Positions 59,561 through 64,000 of a DNA stretch of 64,000 nucleotides are shown here, one piece after another. Made by a program: the position numbers and the translations under genes. A model generated the notes under the pieces. The model worked only from the letters and a program-made list of their open reading frames with translations, searched no databases and was not told where the DNA came from. Origin of the DNA: Raillietiella orientalis (taxonomy: Eukaryota); assembly GCA_036172245.1 (NCBI GenBank), contig JAYWIR010000091.1:186001-250000 (forward strand), in the 5' to 3' direction. Positions within the stretch are counted from its first letter, which is position 1, and every line of letters begins with the position of its first letter.

Positions 59561-62500
59561 ATTGTGTGGAGCGAATTTGCTCCACACAATGAATCACATC
59601 GAAGGGGAGAATGCGATTTCTAATTCCGACACTGGTAACCATTAGAACAACACGGACTGCGAAGTGACCAACCCTATTGAAATGTCGGACACATTTTGAA
59701 TATCCTCTGACACCAGGAACTTGTAAGGTTGTGCGGTGATCCATACGGTACTATGCCTCTCACTGCAAATTGATGCTTCTTCAAGAAGCGTTAAAGTGCA
59801 GTGATGAAATCTGCTCATTTCGAATTGATTAAGTAGCATCAGAAGATGTAAATTTGGATCACATAATGTAATCAGATCGAAGGAAAAGATATTCTTTGTA
59901 ATTCCGACCTTGGTTACCATAAAAAAAACACAGACTGCAAAGTGCACCGCCCTAATAAAATGTTGGACTCTTCTTAAATATCCTGTGAAACCAGGAAATT
60001 CTGAGGTTGTGCGGTGATTTATGACGGTACTTTGCTCCTCACTGCAAATGGAGGCTCCTTGAAAAAGGTCAAAGGTGCAATGGTGGAATCTGCTCATTTC
60101 GAATTAATTTCAAACCATACGAAGATGTAAATTTGGACCACAAAATGAATCACACCGAAGGAAAGAATTTTATTTCTAATTCCGACACTGGTAACCAGGA
60201 AAACAACACAGACTACAAAGCGCCCAGCCCAAATTAAATATCGGACTCTTTTTAAATATCCTTTGAACCCTGGAAATTGTAAGGATGTGCTCTGATCTGT
60301 CACGGTACTTTGCCTCTCACTGCAAATGGATGCTTCTTCAAGAAGCGTAAAAGTGCACTGATGAAATCCGTTCAGTTCGAATTGATTAAAAACCATCAGA
60401 ACATGTAAATTTGGACCACTTATGGAAAAAGATGAAAAGAAAAAATTCAGTTTCTAATTGCTGGATTGATTACCATGAAAACAACACAGACTGCAAAGTG
60501 CCCAACGCTAATTAAATGTCGGACACTTCTTAAAAATCCTGTGACACCAGGAAATTGTAAAGTTCTGCGGGATCCATAAGGGTACTTTCCCTCTCAATGC
60601 AAATGTATGCTCCATGAAGAAGGGCAAAACAGCAATGGTAAAAAAAGATGTATTGGAATTGATTACAAAACCCGCAAAAGTTGCAAATTTGGACTTCATA
60701 ATGACGCACATCAAAGGAAAAAATTCCCTTTGTATTTCGGACACTGGTTACCATGGAAACAACACAGACTGCAAAGAGCCCCGCCCTAATGAAATGTCGA
60801 AGTGTTCTTAGATTTCCTGTGAAATCTGGAAATTCTAGGGTTGTGCGGTGATCCATGACGGTACATTGCCTCTGATAGCAAATGGATGCTCCTTGAAGGA
60901 GGGCAAAAGAGCATTGGTGAAAGAATATGTGTTGAAATATATTGCAAAACCCCCAAAAGTTTCAAATCTGCACTCCACAATGAATCAGATAGAAGGAAAA
61001 AATTCCTTTTATAAATCCTAGACTGGTTTTCAAGAAAGCAACACCGACTGCGAAGTGCCCCGCTTTAATCAGATGTCGGACACTTCTTAAACATCCACTG
61101 AAACCAGGAAATTGTGAGGTTGTGCGGTGATCCACGACGGTACTTTGATCTTCACTGCAAATGGATGCTCCTTGAAGAAGGGCTAAAGTGCAATGGTGAA
61201 ATCTGCTTATTTCGCATTGATTAAAACCCATGAGAAGATGTAACTTTGGACCACATCATGAATCAGATCGAAAGAAAAAATTCCATTTCTTAGTCCGACA
61301 CTGGTTACCATGAAAACAACACATTCTCCAAAGCGCCCAGCCCAAATCAAATACCGGACTCTTTGTAAATATCCTGTGCATCCTGGAAATTGTAAGGATG
61401 TGCTATGATCTGTGAAGGTACTTTTCCTCTCACTGCAAATGAATGCTCATTGAAGAAGGACAAAAGACCAAAGGTGAAAGAAGTTGTTCTGGAATTGATT
61501 ACAAAACCCCCAAAAGTTGCAAATTTGGACCACATAAAGAATCACATCGAAAGAAATAATTCCCTTTCTAATTCCAACACTGGTAACCATGAAAACAACA
61601 CGGACTGCAAAGTGTCCAACCCTAATGAAATGTCGGACACATTTTGAACATACTTTGAAACCAGGAAATTGTAAGGTTGTGCGGTTATCCATGACGCCAC
61701 TATGCCTCTCGCTGCAAATGGATGCTACTTGAAGAAGGGCAAAGGTGGAGTGTTGAAATCTGCTAATTTCGCATTGATGATAAACCATCAGAAGATGTAA
61801 ATTTGGAACACATAATCAATCAGATGGAAGGAAAAGATTCTCTTTGTAATTCGGATCTTGGTTACCATGAAAAGAACATAGACTGCAAAGTGCCCCGCCC
61901 CAATGTAATGTCGGACTCTTCTTAGATATCTTGTGGAGCCCGGAAATTGTGAGGTTGTGCGGTGATCCATGACGCTACTTTGCCTCTCGCTGCAAATGGA
62001 TGCTACTTGAAGAACGGCAAAGGTGCAACGATGAAAGAAGATGTATTGGAATTGATAACAAAACCCCCGAAAGGTGCCAAATAAGATCACAAAATTGATC
62101 ACATCGAAGGAAAGAGTTCCCTTTCTAATTCCGACACTGGTAACCATGAAAACCACAGAATCCAAAGTGCCGAACCCTAATGAAATGTCAGACGTTTTAT
62201 AAACAACCTTTGAACCCAGGAAATTGTATGGTTGTGCGGCGACCCATGACGGTACTTTTCCTCTCACTGCAAATGAATGCTCATTGAAGAAGGGCAAAAG
62301 ACCAAAGGTGAAAGAAGTTGTACTGGAATCGATTACAAAACCCTCAAAACTTGGAAATTTCACCAGAAAACGAATCAGATCAAAGAAAAAAATTCAGTTT
62401 CTAATTCCTAGGCTGGTTACCATGAAAACAACACAGACTGCAAAATGCCCAGCCCTAATGAAATGTCCGAGTCTTCTTAAACATCCTCTCAAACCAGGAA

Positions 62501-64000
62501 ATTGTAAGGTTGTGCGGTGATCTATGACGGTACTTTGCCTCTCACTGTAAATGGATGTCAGTTGAAGAAGGGCAAAAGAGCGATGGTGAAAGAAGATGTA
62601 TTGGAATTGATTACAAAACCCCCAAAAGTTGCAAATTATCTCCACATAATGAATCACATCGAAAAAAATAATTCCTTTTCTAATTCCGACACTAGTAACC
62701 ATGAAAACAACACAGACTGAAAAAGTTCCCCGCCCCAAAGAAATGTCGGAATCTTCTGAAATATGCTGTGCAACCAGGAAATTGTAAGGTTGTGCGGTGA
62801 TCCATGACGGTACGTTGCCTGTGACAGCAAACTGATCCTCCTTGAAAAAGCGCAAAAGTGCACTCATGGAATCTGCTCATTTCGAATTAAATGAAAACAA
62901 GCAGAAGATGTAAATTAGGACCACAAAATGAATCACATCGAAGGAAAGAATTCCCTTTTTAATTCCAACACCGGTAACCATGAAAACAACACGGACTGCA
63001 AAGTGCCCAACCCTAATGAAATGTCGGACACATTTTAAACATCCTTTGAAACCAGGAAATTGTAAGGATGTGCGTTTATCCATGACGCTATTATGCCTCT
63101 CGATGAAAGAGGTTGCTACTTGAAGAAGGGCATAGGTGGAGTGTTAAAATCTGCTCATTACGCATTGATGATAAACCATCAGAAGATGCAAATTTGGAAC
63201 ATATAATGAATCAGATCGAAGGAAAAGATTCTCTTTGTAATTCGGACCTTGGTTACCATGAAAAGAACATAGACTGCAAAGTGTCCCGCCCCAATGAAAT
63301 GTTGGACTCTTACTAGATAACCTGTGGAGCCCGGAAATTGCGAGGTTGTGCGGTGATCCATGACAATACTTTGCCTATCGCTGCAAAGGGATGCTACTTG
63401 AAGAAGTGCTAAGGTGCAATGGTGAAATCTTCTCATTTCGAATTGATTAAATTCCATCAGAAGATGTAAATTCGGATCACATAATAAATCAGATCGAAGG
63501 AAAAAATCCTCTTTGTAATTGCGACCCTGGTTACCATGAAAACAACGAAGACTGCAACGTTGCCCGCCTCAATGAAATGTCGGAATCTTCTTAAATATCC
63601 TGTGCAACCAGGAAATTGTAAGCTTGTGCGGTGATCCATGACGGTACCTTGCCTGTGACAGCAAATGGATTTTGCTTGAAGAAGCGCAAAAGTGCACTGA
63701 TGGAATCTGCTCATTTCGAATAAAATGAAAACAAGCAGAAGATGTAAATTAGGACCACAAAATGAATCACATCGAAGGAAAGAATTCCCTTTCTAATTCC
63801 GACACTGGTAACCATGAAAACAACAGACTCCAAAGTGCCTAACCCTAATGAAATGCCGGACTCTCCTTAAACATCCTTTGAAACCAGGAAATTGTAAGGT
63901 TGTGCGGTGATCAACGACGGCACTTTGCTTCTCACTGCAAATGGATGCTGCTTGAAGAAGGCAAAAAGAGCAATGGTGAAAGAAGATGTATTGGAATTGA
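59561..64000 (-). repeat. Satellite array, right arm, inverted, ~278 bp monomers; runs off the window
   Basis: Reverse-complement anchor (C)GAAGG at 59601, 59879, 60157 and onward; recurring GGTTGTGCGGTGATCCATGACGGTAC. Confidence 0.97.

Noticed and set aside
56041..64000. CRISPR array or coding repeat
   Set aside because: Long ~277 bp diverged monomers without unique spacers; ORFs are short and not conserved between monomers.

Overview
Eukaryotic repeat-only window with no host genes. Bases 1-~56040 are a dense, nested pile of decayed non-LTR retrotransposons of the L1/Tx1 group (ORF1 with CCHC knuckles; ORF2 with APE endonuclease, RT with YADD, and a C-terminal CCHC finger), about 25 whole or partial copies from several lineages, here labelled A, B, C, D, E, G, H, I. 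Bases ~56041-64000 are a ~275-278 bp satellite array that flips orientation at a 30-bp palindrome (59561-59590). Reading the junctions shows that nesting is not random. Each of four lineages repeatedly inserts at its own fixed site inside conserved ORF2 codons of other retrotransposons: B at the endonuclease GDFN motif (sense, 8-bp TSD), A at the RT KAFD motif (antisense, ~14 bp), C at a linker GFG motif (antisense, 12-13 bp), and H at a linker TLxxL window (antisense, 13 bp). A, B and C also form head-to-tail tandems separated by one target copy. The lineages share a CGGACGTG 5' motif (seen in A, B, C, H) and an AATAAA + CCCGG/CCGGG hairpin 3' end with no long poly(A). Their endonuclease appears to lack the usual DNA-contacting hairpin segment, and their ORF1 tails carry CxVxL/PxVxL motifs. 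Family labels and coordinates come from manual reading and may be off by a few bases. The organism cannot be determined.
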